In this document: positions 1 through 13,026 of the stretch, piece after piece
Layout: each line of letters starts with the position of its first letter
How positions within the stretch are numbered: position 1 is the first letter of the stretch
DNA from: the human T2T-CHM13v2.0 reference genome, Homo sapiens
Reading direction: 5' to 3' (one strand)
DNA: 64,000 nt
Assembly (NCBI RefSeq): GCF_009914755.1
Contig: NC_060927.1
Notes under the pieces: model-generated
Database searches by the model: none
Told to the model about the DNA's origin: nothing
What the model saw: the letters and a program-made list of their open reading frames with translations, nothing else
Made by a program: the position numbers and the translations under genes

Positions 1-81
1 TGGGTAGCCACTTCCCAGCAGCAACTCTGCAGGAGGGAAGGGGGGCCTGATCTTGGAGGGCAGCTGGCTGCCTCTGCCACA
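1..81 (-). mobile_element. MLT1-type MaLR LTR end fragment
   Basis: gggtagccacttcccagcagcaactct...gcctctgccaca resembles an antisense MLT1 5' end. Confidence 0.5.
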
Positions 82-646
82 TGGACAATCTTTGTTTTCG
101 AATTGTTGCTTGTCAGTGTACACCTAAGTTACCTTCTAAGTATCTCAGGTGTCTGCTAACCACCTTGTTTTGCAGCTACTCCTGAGTCACAGCTGTTTGG
201 CTTCTAAATCTGTGACAGCTGCTGTGAGTCTAAAATAGCAGAGCAATCACAGACTCTTGTTGCCTGCCAAACTGGGATGGTGCCTGCCCCTTGCTCGAGA
301 CTTTGCATGGAGATGTGTGAAGTCACGGACGTGCTTTGTGCCATTTTATAAAATACCGGGTTTACTCCGAGGGTTTGTTTATTGGTCCCCAATTCTCCCC
401 ACCTTCCTTCTTCTGTGAGGCTAACACATTGGTTTGTGAGACAGTTTGGAGTATTTTGTTTTAGGGGGTGTCAGGACATTTTGAAAGGTAGAGAAAGTCA
501 GGCTTCCCAGATGCCCTGCAGGAAACCTGGGAAATTCTCCAGATTCCTGCTCCTAAAAGGTCATGGCTGCTCATTCAGGGTGGAAATGTGACACTTCCCC
601 AGAAGCCTCACTGTGCTCTGGTCTAGGAGACTCACACCTCACCCCA

Positions 647-766
647 ACACACACACACACCCCACCCCACCCCCCCCACACACTACATACACCATACACC
701 ACCTACACCACACCACACACATGCACACGTATACACCACATACCACACATTCATACACACCACACA
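647..766. repeat. CA-rich low-complexity repeat
   Basis: Degenerate (CA)n/(CACCA)n. Confidence 0.85.
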
Positions 767-1110
767 GCTGAGGGCCTGCTTTGGGGGAAGGTAATTTATT
801 TTTGCCTGACAGAAGAACGTGCCTCACACCATGTGGCTGTGGAGGTGGGGAGGGCAACGTAGTCTTGAGAGTTCATCAGAGTCACAGCTGTTAGGGAAGT
901 GCCTGGGCCTGGGGCCAAGGTGGACAGTGAAACAGGAAGGCTGCCCCCATTTCCACATGTGCTCACATGGGGCTCCCCCACCTGAGGCCTCCAACTACAG
1001 GTGCACCCCTCCCCTGACAGCACCCACCTCTGGTGGGAGTCTTCTGTATGATTAATAAAAAGCGTAGTAATAATAATCATATGTAATGGCCATGGTATAT
1101 TGAGTGTTAC

Positions 1111-1295
1111 TTTTTTTTTTTTTTTAGACAAGGTCTCACTCTGTCACCCAGGCTGGAGTACAGTGTCATGACACTGCAGCCTCAACTTGCCAGGCTCAAG
1201 TCATCCTCCTGCCTCAGCCTCCCTAATAGCTGGGACCGTAGGCATGCACAAGCACACCCAGCTAATTTTTTTTGATTGTTTGTACAGACAGGGAC
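1111..1295 (-). mobile_element. AluJ right-arm fragment
   Basis: Poly-T followed by antisense Alu sequence. Confidence 0.85.
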
Positions 1296-1394
1296 CTACT
1301 CCCTTTGTGCCACAGATTGAGCTTGACAGATGGCCCAGAGGGTGAGGGGGCTTTCAGGAACTTGTCTGGGCTCTATTGTTTATGAACCATGAGA

Positions 1395-1545
1395 TCTTTG
1401 CAGGCTCCTTAACCTTTCTGTGCCTCTGTTTCCTCCTCTGTGAAATGGAGAGAATGGCTCCAACCTCTGCCTTGTGAGGGTGCACTGAAGCAATGTGTGT
1501 GTAACAGGCTCCGGACAGCGCAGGGTGCACAGTGAGTGCACTACT
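1395..1545 (+). mobile_element. MIR
   Basis: Core ttaacctttctgtgcctctgtttcctcctctgtgaaatgg. Confidence 0.75.
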
Positions 1546-1559
1546 CTTCGGTCATCCAG

Positions 1560-1690
1560 CACTCTTAGGAGGACGTGTTTCATCCCATGGAATCCTCACC
1601 AGCCATGTGTGAGGAGTGCTCACTTTACAGATGAGGAAACAGGCTTGGCAATATCAGGTAACCTGCCTGAGGCCACCTGGCCTCCCTTCT
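1560..1690 (-). mobile_element. MIR (opposite orientation)
   Basis: atcctcac...tttacagatgaggaaac...gtaacctgcctgaggccac. Confidence 0.75.
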
Positions 1691-1995
1691 GCTCCGGCAG
1701 AAGCCCCACCCTGGCCTGGGTAAGCCTGGGAGCCAGTGCCACATCCTGATGGGGATGTGGACAGGGAACAGGCAGCCTCTCCGCCCTCCAGTGCCCTGAG
1801 GAGCAGCCTCCAGAGGAAGAGGAGTTGCCAGTCTCCCTGGCCTGCCAGGAAAAGGTGAGTCCTGAGGCAGTCCTGTGGGGTGCATTGGCTATCCAGGGAG
1901 GGAGAGAGGAGGAGGTCAGAGGCCTGGTCTTGATTCTCATGGGCTTCCCTTCCTGCAGCCCTTCCTTTTCCTTTGGCCACTCATGACTGCGGGTT

Positions 1996-2205
1996 CCAGC
2001 CTGGGCAACATAGTCAGACCCCATCTCTACAAAAATTTAAAAATTAGCCAGGTGTGGTGTGCACACCCGTGTCCCCAGCTACTCAGGAAGTTGAGGTGAG
2101 AGGATCACTTGATCCCAGGAGGTGAAGGCTGTAGTGAGCTAAGATCACGCCACTGCATTCCAGCCTGGGTGACAGAGCGAGACCCTATCTCAATAAAAAT
2201 TTTAA
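1996..2205 (+). mobile_element. 5'-truncated AluJ
   Basis: cagcctgggcaacatag...gagaccctatctcaataaaa. Confidence 0.85.
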
Positions 2206-2709
2206 AGACTACTGAGTGACCACAGGTGGGGTGGGTGTTCCCTGGGGGCTGCAGCGGAGATCAGGCTCAATCGAGGTCCATGCTGGGACCCGTGAGAGGT
2301 AGTGACAAACAAGGGCCTCCCAGAGGGTAGTTGAGGCTCAAGGTTGGCTTTGGGAGTCAGGGAGAGACAATGGTAGTGGGATGGAGGGGTCTTCCATCTT
2401 GTTTTTTTTTTCTAGGTGCTGATCTCTCCCTGAAACCCAAGGGTCAGTTCAAGAGATAGGAATTGTGACTGTCTGTTGCTCCCCCAGGGTGTGTGTGTGC
2501 CTGTGCCCAGGCACTGAGCAGTGGCTCAAGGGCAGAGTCCAGGGGAGGACAAAGACCACCAGGTCACCTAGAGGGTTGTGCTCACCTGCACCTGCTGCCA
2601 CAACCCCACAAGCTACTACAAACCTTGGATCAGCCTCACTGCTCTGTAGTATGCTAAGCAAATTATATCTGGAGTTGAATAAGACAGTCTGTCCATTCCC
2701 CCACCTCAC

Positions 2710-3098
2710 TCCTCACTGCTTCTTGGATAGGCAGGGTGCGCTCCTGCCTCAAGACCTCACACCTGCTGTCGCTCTACCCAGAGAGCTCCTCCCCACATGG
2801 CTCACTCTCTCCTCCTTCTGTTGTCTGCTCCCAGTGAGGTCTTCCCTGGCCATCCTACATAAAATACCACCCCACCCCAGCACTCCCTACCCCCTAGCAA
2901 ATAGCAGTATATTTTGCTTAATTTCCTGTGTCTTGTTCTATCATTTGTCTTCCCTTCCAGAATATCGGCATCATGAGGGCAGGGACTTTTGCAGCTTTAT
3001 TTATTTATAGCAGTTTTATCATCTATTATATCTCCAGACCTAGACTGCCATTCAGGCACACCATAGGTGCTCAATAAGTATTTGAACGAATGAATGAA
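2710..3098 (+). mobile_element. L2 3' end
   Basis: catgagggcagggact...taggtgctcaataagtatttgaacgaatgaatgaa tail. Confidence 0.75.
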
Positions 3099-3159
3099 CC
3101 CCTGTGCACCTGGCTAGTGTATTATGGGAGTCAGACAACTCACTGCAGCCCCTAGATAC

Positions 3160-3315
3160 TCAGGGGGATCCCAGGCCGGCACCATGGGCATCACCTTGGG
3201 TGCTTGTTAGAAATGCTTATTCTTGGACCCCACCCCAGACCTGTTGAATCAGAAACTGCATTTTACTGAGATCATTGGATGATTCCCAAATGCACATTAC
3301 AGTCTGAGAAGAGCT
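3160..3315. mobile_element. MER5A-type hAT-Charlie fossil
   Basis: cttgttagaaatgc...ccccagacctgttgaatcagaaact. Confidence 0.7.
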
Positions 3316-3600
3316 ACACTCATTCTGGAAAATGGTCCCTCTAGGGCCTTCCCTAGAATGCCCATCTCCAGTATGGCTCACAAAACCCTCATGAACAATG
3401 TGGCCCCTGCCCATCTCATGAACCTGTTCTCCAGGCCCTGGACCACCACACATTCTCCACTCCAGACACAGGAGGCCCAAGCAGGTGTCAGGGACCAGCA
3501 CTCCATCTCCCCTCCGGGCCTTCGCAGGGGCTGGTCTCTCCCAGAACACCCTTCCCCGCTCTCCCTGGCTAGCTCCTTGTGTGCCTTGAACAATCACTGA

Positions 3601-3950
<350 letters not shown>

Positions 3951-4859
3951 AGTGCCCAGAGCAAGGTGGTGAGGAGCTCATCTGGGGCCAGCCCCCGAGC
4001 AGACAGGGAATGGCTGGGGCTCTGGGTGAGGGCAGAGCTGTGGAATGAGAGAGAAGGGGCAGATGGAGCAGTGTTGCCAGTGGACAGGCCCTGGCAGCAT
4101 GCTGGAGAGGGAAAGACCAGGACTGGAACATCAGCACATTACTAGGGTAGAGGGTGCTGCCTTGTGGGGACAGCCAGGAGGGCAGGCTCATTCAGGGGTC
4201 CAGAGCCTACAGCTGAGGGGGCCTGGCTGGGAAGGGGTCACTGTGTGCCCTTGAGCCACCACGCGTGAACCTGCTTTGTATCCTCCCGAGGAAATTGAGT
4301 TAAACTCCTAAGATACTTAATACCTTGAGTTAATCTCCTAAGACAGGATCTCAAGGTAGGGCAGACTGAGAATGTGTCCATTCCAAGGAGGCATGTCCCT
4401 GGGGCCAGCCTTTGGGTTATGATGGCTGAAGTGAGTCAGCAGCGTGTGTTTCGCCCTGCATGGCCCATGGAGAGGCCTCTGGGAGGCAAGTGCCCATTTG
4501 CTTCCCTGATGGCTACCTCTCTGCCCATGTGCAGAAGGTGGTGAGAAGGCAGGAGAAGAAAGGCCACAGCTCTATATCTCTTTGTTGTAACCATCACAAG
4601 GACATGGGACTCGGGCTGCAGAGGCCCTCAGAGGTCTTCTAGCCCAGGGATGCTCAGCTGCCTCCCCAGTCCCTCTTTCAGGGAACCTGCTCACCTCATG
4701 AGAGACAAACCACCATTTTTGGAGGAGTTTGAATACAGTTTCTCAGCATCTTGTTGCAATCGCTATGCACAGGGAGGTTTAAGACTCTACAGCTGGCTTC
4801 TCAATTGTTGCCAGGGAGCCTGCAGAACCAACCTGCCCTCCCCACAGCTGGATAACCTG

Positions 4860-5700
4860 TCTCACCAGTGCACAGTTCTCCAGTTTAGCATCTCTGAAGT
4901 CAAGATGTGTTCTTAAAGGGAACAGTTGTGATGTCATTGCTGCAAATCTTGCACATGACCACTGGTAACTTGGAAGAAAATCCCAGAGACAAGAGTGGAG
5001 CAGCTTGTTAGGAAATGCCACATCCTCAGTGCTCGTGACGATGGGAAGGATCAGAGCATAGAAGATGTGGACATCACAACTCTTGTAAAACAGTGATTCA
5101 GAAGAGTTCTGAATGAACAAATTTCAGCCATGCCTTAACTAACTTATTTTACTTGTATTTTCCTTTTTATATATGTATCATAGTGATATATGGTAAAATT
5201 TATCTAAATAATGCCCGGGCACGGTGGCTCATGCCTGTAATCCCAGCACTTTGGGAGGCAGAGATGGGCAGATCACTTTGAGGTCAGGAGTTTGAGACCA
5301 GCCTGGCCAACAGGGCGAAACCCCGTCTCTATTAAAAATACAAACATTAGCCAGGCATGGTGGCACGTACCTATAATCCCAGCTACTTGGGAGGAGGCTC
5401 TTCGAAGCATGAGAATCTCTGGAACCTGGGAGGCAGAGGTTGCAGTGAGTGGAGATTGCGCCACTGCACTCCAACCTGGGTGACAGAGTGAGACTTTGTC
5501 TAAAAATAATAATAATCTAAATTTAAAAATAATAATCTAAATAAGTCTGAAGTATGTAGTTCAATAAGTATAGAATTAAAAATCTAAGTAATAAGAGAAC
5601 ACCGTGCCATAGTTTAATGTCAGCATTTTTTTGTTGTGTGTGTGTATGTGTGGTACATGCACCTTAAAATCAGTGAGATCTTTGATTTAATGAAATGTGG
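4860..5700 (+). mobile_element. Tc2/Kanga-like (TcMar) DNA transposon fossil, interrupted by an AluS at 5212-5516
   Basis: Ends resemble Kanga/MER104 termini (agcatctctgaagtcaagatgtg; tttgatttaatgaaatgtgg). From 4971 it reads WKKIPETRVEQLVRKCHILSARDDGKD, like the C-terminal motif of pogo/Tc2 DDE_1 transposases. Confidence 0.6.
5212..5516 (+). mobile_element. AluS
   Basis: Full dimer flanked by atctaaataa duplication. Confidence 0.92.
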
Positions 5701-7179
5701 ATAATTGTCCATTGAAGTCTACTTAATACCTTGAGTTAGACTCCTAAGATAGCATTGTACTGAAATCGTCTTGGTGTCTGTTTTCCCTGCTAGGCTGGCT
5801 ACTTCCTTGAGGGCTGAGCAGCACCTTGATGATGGAGAGTCTCTAGAATCTAACACAATGTACAGTAGGGGAGCACAGTAATGTCCTGTCAACCACTGGG
5901 TTTGGGTAGTGGTGTATTCCTATATACCAGCCATAAAGGTACCTGCACTTTTTTTTTTCTGGGAGGGTGGGCAGAGTTTAGAATCCCTAAACCACTTCAT
6001 CAGCAAGGCCCCTGGTGTGGTTGTATAGATTGTGCACTGCACAGAGGCACCCAGACAAGAGACCCAGTGGGGCTGAAGTTGGTGGTTGCCCTGCTGCCCA
6101 AGCCACGTGCCGCCCAGGCTATGTGCCCGTGGGACTGACTGCCCAGTACAGGCAGCTTTTCTCATTTTTACAAACATGCGATGGAGGTGATCAGTGGATT
6201 TGTTCCTCAGGCCCTAAGTGGAATTTTCCCTGCAGTGCCTCTGACCTTAGGAGTCCTAAGCAGCTGGTCAGGATGGGCTAAAAGCCTGACCTTCAGATTG
6301 GCCCAGATGAATGTTGTTGGGGCGGGGGAAGTGGTTACAGACTTTTGGGTGAAGCTGGCGGTGCAGGAAAAACTTTAGTTCTGATTCTGACCCTACGCCG
6401 GCTCTGTGACCTCAAGTTAGTGCAACAGAAATGGGATTTTGATTTCTTTAATTCCAAAGTTGACCCGGGGGTGCCAGCTGGTGGGTAGGGTGGGAGTTCT
6501 GAGAGGAAACAGTGCTGAAAATAGTTTGGGGACATTCTGTAAGTTGAAAACTGCAGAGCAGCCCTAAATGATGCCTGGAGATTTCTCCTCATGGGGAACA
6601 AAAGGGTAACAATTGGAGGGTTTCCTGCTTGGCCCTTCAGTTAAGACTTTGGCTCTGGTCTCTCTGGCTGCCACAGAATCACTGATTGTTGAGGATCAGC
6701 CGTGGGGCATCGTCTGAACACAGTAGCCCATTGCAAAATAGTTTGCGTGTGTTTTCAAGTCTTGGTGGCCAAGAGCTGGGCTGACCCCAAAAGCGAAGAA
6801 GCCGGACGGGGAAGCAAAGACAGCTGCGAGGAGGGAGTGAGGGAGCTGCCAGAGGAAGTACTGTGGGTCTATTTTAAGACTGGAAAATTGGAAAGCTGAG
6901 GAAGTACAACGTGTTTCAGTAACGGGGCCCAGCAATCCCTGGCCTTCGCGGGGATATTTCCCCTGAGGTGAGAGTACAGAAGGACTGAACATTTCTATTC
7001 ACCAAAATGCTGAGGCCAGAGCTCATGGGAACCAGGAAGGGGAGAGGAGTGGGGAGGACAACCAAGTGTTTAAACTAGATAGAAGCCACTGGATGTGTTG
7101 GTGGTTCTGGACCTTGGCTATGGATCAGAATGGCCCTCTCTGGGCCAGAACTGAAAACCACTGGGCAGTGGAATAATGG

Positions 7180-7390
7180 AGAGATTGGCGGATGATGGCC
7201 TGTGGGCCAAAGCTGGCCTAGCATCTGTTTTTGTAAATGAAGTTGTACTGGAACACTGCCATGCTTAATTGTTTACATATCATCTGTGGCTGTTTTTGAA
7301 CAGAGTTGAGTAGTTGCGACAGAGACTTTATGTCCTACAAAGTCTAAAATATTTATTATCTACCCCTGTACAGGGAAAATCTGTCAATGA
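7180..7390. mobile_element. MER58A (hAT-Charlie)
   Basis: ggcctgtgggccaaa...tttttgtaaatgaagttgtactggaacac...cagagttgagtagttgcgacagagac. Confidence 0.8.
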
Positions 7391-7399
7391 CACAAGAGT

Positions 7400-7560
7400 C
7401 ACTGGGCTTGGGGGTCTAAAAACTTGGGTTGAGTTCTAGTGTACCTATATCCCTATCTGGTGACCTAGGGCAAAGCTTTAGCCAAGCCTCAGTTTCTTTC
7501 TCTGTAAATCAAGTAGCAATACCCATCTTACCCAGGTGTGAATATTGAACAGATAATATA
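7400..7560 (+). mobile_element. MIR
   Basis: gtgacctagggcaa...gcctcagtttctttctctgtaaa. Confidence 0.65.
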
Positions 7561-7686
7561 TTTATTGTACTCCTCGGAGGTATTTTTAGTTATTATTTTA
7601 GATATTACAACATACAACCTTATAATAATCTTCCTTGAGTTAATATTATACCACTTTACAAACAAGGTAAAAATTGAACCATTCTT

Positions 7687-8106
<420 letters not shown>

Positions 8107-9457
8107 TCAAGTCTTTAAAGAAATTTTAAAAAGAAAAAATACTTTTATATTTACCTCAATAGTTACCATTTCTGGAGTTCTTTCTTCCTGTAGTTCTGGG
8201 CTTCAATCTGAGATAAATTCCCTTTAGCTTAAAGCATTTTCTTTAGTGTTTCTTATAGTGGTTCTGCTGGCAGTAAGTTCTCATAGCGTTGGCTTGAGAA
8301 ACCTTTCTTTCCCTATACCATACTGGATATAGCCTTCTAGCATGGTACTTTTTTTTTTCAACATTTTAGATGTCATTCCATTGACTCCTGGATTTCATTG
8401 TTTCAGATGAAAATTAACCATCATTCTTTTTGTTGTTGTATTAAAGATAATGTTTTCTTTCCTTTGGCTACTTATAAGATTTTCTCTTTTAACTCTAAAG
8501 ATTTTATCTATAGTTTGACTAGGATATGCCTAGTTGTAGTTTTTTTCTTTGTATTTATCCCTCTTGGGGTTTTTAAGATTAGGAATCTGTGGGTTGATAT
8601 CTTTCATCAATTTTGGAAAATTGTCAGCCATTACATCTTCAAATATTTCTTCCCCAATTTCACCTCTCTTCTTTTTCTAGTGTATCACTTAAATTTACAT
8701 TTGATCATTTGATATTGTCTCACAGTCCTCTGACAGCCTGTTCTGTACTTTTTTTTTAATTTTAAAAAGAAATCATACAGTTGTGAGAAATTATTAATAG
8801 ATATCCTTTGGATCCTTTACCTAGTTTCCCCCAGTGATAACATCTTGCAGAATTACAGTATATCACAACCAGGATACTGTCCTTGATAAAATCCATCAAT
8901 CTTGTTCAGATGTTCCTAGTTCTACTTGTATTGATTGTATGTGTTTGTGTGTGTGTGCACGTGCACACATGTATTTAGTCTTTGCAGTTCAATCACAGAG
9001 GTATGTTCATGTATGCACCATCACAGTCCAGATTCAGAGCAATTTCATCGCTACAATGTTTCCTCAAGTTACCCTTTTATAACCACCCCCATCTTCCTAC
9101 TACACCCCTACCTCATCACAAACCTCTGGCAACCACTAATCTGTTCTTCATCTCTATAATTTGGATATTCAAGAATGTTAACATAAATGGTATTATATAG
9201 CATGTGGCTTCTCAGATTGCCTTTTTATACTCAGCAGAATTCCCTTGAGATTCATCCAAGTTGTTGCATTTATAAATAGTTCTTTTTTTTATCATTGAGT
9301 TGAATTCTATGGTATGAATATATCATTGTTTGTTTAACTATTCACCCATCAAAGGACATCTTGGTTATTTCCAGTTTTGGCTATTATCAATACAGCTGCT
9401 ATGAACATTCATGTACAGGTTTTTGTGTAAATATAACTTCTCATTTCTCTGGGTAAA

Positions 9458-10175
9458 TGCTGTGGTTTGAATGTCTCCTCTAAAACTCTTATTGAAACTT
9501 AATCCCCAATGGCAGTATTGAGAAGTGGGGCCTTTAAGAGGTGATTGGAAGGCCGGGCACTGTGGCTCACGCCTGTAATCCCAACACTTTGGGAGGCTGA
9601 GGCGGGTGGATCACCTGAGGTCAGGAGTTCAAGAACAGCCTGGCCAAAATGGCGAAACCCCATCTCTACTAAAAATACAAAAATTAGCCAGGTGTGTTGG
9701 CACGTGCCTGTAATCTCAGCTACTTGGGAGGCTGAGGCAGGAGAATCGCATGAACCCAGGAAGCAGAGGTTGCAGTGAGCTTAGATCGCACCACTGCACT
9801 CAAGCCTGGGTGACAGAGCAAGACTCTGTCTCAAAAAAAAAAAAAAAAAAAAGGTGATTGGATTACACCATTAATGGATTAATGGATTAATAAATTAGTG
9901 GATTGATGAGTTATCATGGGAGGGGAATTGGTGACCTTATAAAAAGAAGAAAAGAGACTTAAGATGGCAAGTTAGCATGCTCAGCCCCTCACCACATGAT
10001 GCCCTGCACCCCCTCAGGACACCAGAGTTCCCACCAGCAAGAAGGCTGTCACCAGATGCAGCCTCTTGACCTTGGACTTCTCAGGCTACATAACTGTAAA
10101 AAATAAATTCCCTTTCTTAATAAATTACCCAGTTTCAGGTATTCTGTTACAAGCAATAGAAAATGGACTAAAACA
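9458..10175 (+). mobile_element. MST (MSTC-like) MaLR solo LTR containing an AluS at 9551-9852
   Basis: tgctgtggtttgaatgt...gtattctgttacaagcaatagaaaatggactaaaaca. Alu TSD aggtgattgga. Confidence 0.85.
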
Positions 10176-12303
10176 CTGCCCAAGAATGCAATTCCTAGGT
10201 CACAGGATAATTGTATATTTACTGGCATGTGTTTTGAATTCTCTAATTCTTTCTTCTTCTGTGTGGACTCTATTATTAAATTTATAAATGAATTCTTCAT
10301 TTATACTGTATATTTTAATTCAAACATTTCCTTTTTTTAAAGTTTTATTTCTCTGTCAAATACTTCATATTTTCCTATGTTTGCCTATCTTTTTACATAA
10401 ATTCTTTAACATATTTAAATAGTTATCTTAAATCCTTGTTAGCTAATCCCAGCATCTGGGTTATCTGTGGGTCTGCTTTTGTTGATAATTTCTTTTTGTC
10501 TGATGAAGGATTACATTGTCTTTCACATGTCTTATCATTTTTTCAGTGTATGCCAGAGATAGATATAAAAGCACAGGAGAGAATGAGGTGCATAATATTC
10601 CCCCCAGAAAGAACTATCATCTTTCAGGAAGCTAGAGAGAGGGGCCCATCTGATCAAGAGCTGCATTCTGTGAACACTGAGATGCAGCCTTGGTAATTTC
10701 AGTTCACTTAGTTTCAACTCTTGAGTGTGGTTTCAGGCCACCCCCTCCAGCAGAGATGGTCTCTGAACAGGTGCTAAGGAGATTTGGCAACACTGAATGG
10801 CATCCCCAAGAAGTCTGCTGGGTTTCTGCAGGACACTCTTCTTTACCAAGCCAACCACCATCATCTTATGAGGCTTCCTGGAGGGAACCTCCAGATTATG
10901 TGAGGGGTCTTTCCTTCTTCATGCTTTGGCCACATTGCTTTGGGATGGTTTGGATTCTCTCCTGCTCCCTGCCTCCCCCCACACCATGTATGCTTCTTGA
11001 TAACAGGGACTGTGCCTCATCCATCTGTGTTTCCCATTGATGCATAGTGGTTATGAGTTGGGTCAAAAGCAAACACAATAAATGTTTGTTGAATGAACAA
11101 ATTCCTGGAGAAGGAATATGTTAACAGAGGGGTGGCGGGTCACCAAAGCACTTAGAACAGGGTTTTGCACTGGGCCTGTAGTTGATCCCAGAGTAGAGAA
11201 GGCCCTACCAGTATGTCCAGCCCATCTGATGGTTGTGGCTCTGTTAAGCAGTTATGAAAAGGAGACAGCAAAGTGATTGAAGGCATGGGAACCAACATTA
11301 ACCTTGCTCTGCAAGTTTTGAGGATGGTTGTTACGCGGGGGAGAAGCATATTTGGAGTAATCTATGCATATCTAGGTGGAACTATGGAACTCCCTTAAGG
11401 AAGAAAAGAAGCTGTAGGCATTGGCTTCCCATCATAGAGGCCTGGATAAAGGTAGAGGTGAGCAGGAGGTGACCCAGAGACAGCCTTCCTCACTGGCCAG
11501 TGGCACACTGGCACCTACCCAGTGTCACTTTGTAAGCTTGTTTCTAACATAAAATCTGTATGCATGCCAGAGTCATAAGCTGTATGTGATGAAAAATGAG
11601 GGTGGATGGGCAACCCATTCTGTAGGAAAAAAAGATAGTCCTCATGTCTGAATAATGGATCCTGGGGAGTGGTTTCTCCTGGCATGGAAGACAGAAGCAG
11701 ATACAGCAAGATGATGCCCATGTGAAATGGTGAGATACTGGCTTCTATGTGGGGGCAAATGATGAGGACTAAGGGGACAGATGGAAATCTTTGGCTTCAG
11801 AGGATGATGAGAGTCAGTCAACTGAAAATTAGGAGGTAGGGCAGTCCCAGCAGAAGGGGTGGCATATATGTAAATGCTAAGTGGCAGGAAAGTTCTAAGT
11901 GTCTTTGAGGAAGTGAAAGGCAAATGTGACCAGGGCACAGCAAATGAAGGTGGGGGACCATGAAGAGAAGGACCAGAGCCAGCTTAGCCACATTAAGGAT
12001 TCTGGATTTATTCAAAGGTGATGCTCCATTTGCAGGTTCAAAATATTGACTGCAATGAACATGGGTTGAATAAACAGTGAGAGAGTGAATGAATGACTAT
12101 TATCAAGTAAAGAGATGAGAGGCACACAAGCGTAAAAATGGAGACCCAAGTAATTCCATTTACTGAAGAAGGAATAGTGAGGCCTTATTCAAGGCCAGAG
12201 GTGCCGAGAATTTCTTTCCTGGACTGCACCATGGGAATTCAGATGTTTCTAGCTGTAGGGGAAGCCTTCACTCTCCCAGGTGTGGGTCTGTTCCTTAATA
12301 TAG

Positions 12304-12535
12304 TGTAAGGGTAGAGGAAAAACTTCCTCTCCTCACCTAAGGTAATGAACTGACAAAAGGCAGATTAACAGGAGAGAATGGTGTGCAAAATCTGTTAACA
12401 CTCATACGAACATGGGAGCTGTGCCCAAAGTTTAAGACTTGAAGAGGGGCCAGGTGGTTGAGGGTTTAATACTCTCTTCATAGGGAGAGACGTGTGGACA
12501 CAGGAGGCAGACACTATTTTGTAAATGATTCTCTA
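12304..12535 (-). mobile_element. ERV1 MER4-group (MER34-like) LTR fragment
   Basis: aactgacaaaaggcagattaacaggag signature. Confidence 0.6.
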
Positions 12536-13026
12536 GATGACCATTACACCACCTTCTTCTGCCCCACAGCCCTCCTTCCTCTCTCCTTCTCTATTCTGTA
12601 ATCTCAAAACACCCAGAATCCCTGGTGAGGGCCAACAAGTGTCACATCCCCTGACAAACAGGAGGAGGAACTGTTGACCACACCCCAGTGCCCTTTACAT
12701 TTTTCAGTGTGAAGTAAGATGTAGTCTGCACTTGACCGTGGGAATCACTGGCTTATGGAGACACCAGTAATGGGGACACTCAGTTACTTGAGTGGACATG
12801 GATTAAGTAAGACAGCCCCAAACATAAGCTGGGCCTCTGTGTCCGTATCCTCCAGCAGGCCACACAAGGGTACGGGGCGCAGTGCACACCTCTCAGGAGA
12901 ACACAAGCTGTCCCGAATCATTTACAACCATCTCCATGAAACTATGCATAAGGCCGCCTTTGCCCTCCAGGCAGCAGACACAGGGGCTTTTTGCTGCTGT
13001 CTTCCATAAATTACTGGAAGCTCCAG

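Noticed and set aside
2465-3010. 181-aa ORF
   Set aside because: GTG start, and the 3' half runs through an L2 fossil.
4295-4345. CRISPR-like repeat-spacer pattern
   Set aside because: Human DNA, only two short repeats and no cas genes. Treated as a duplication scar instead.
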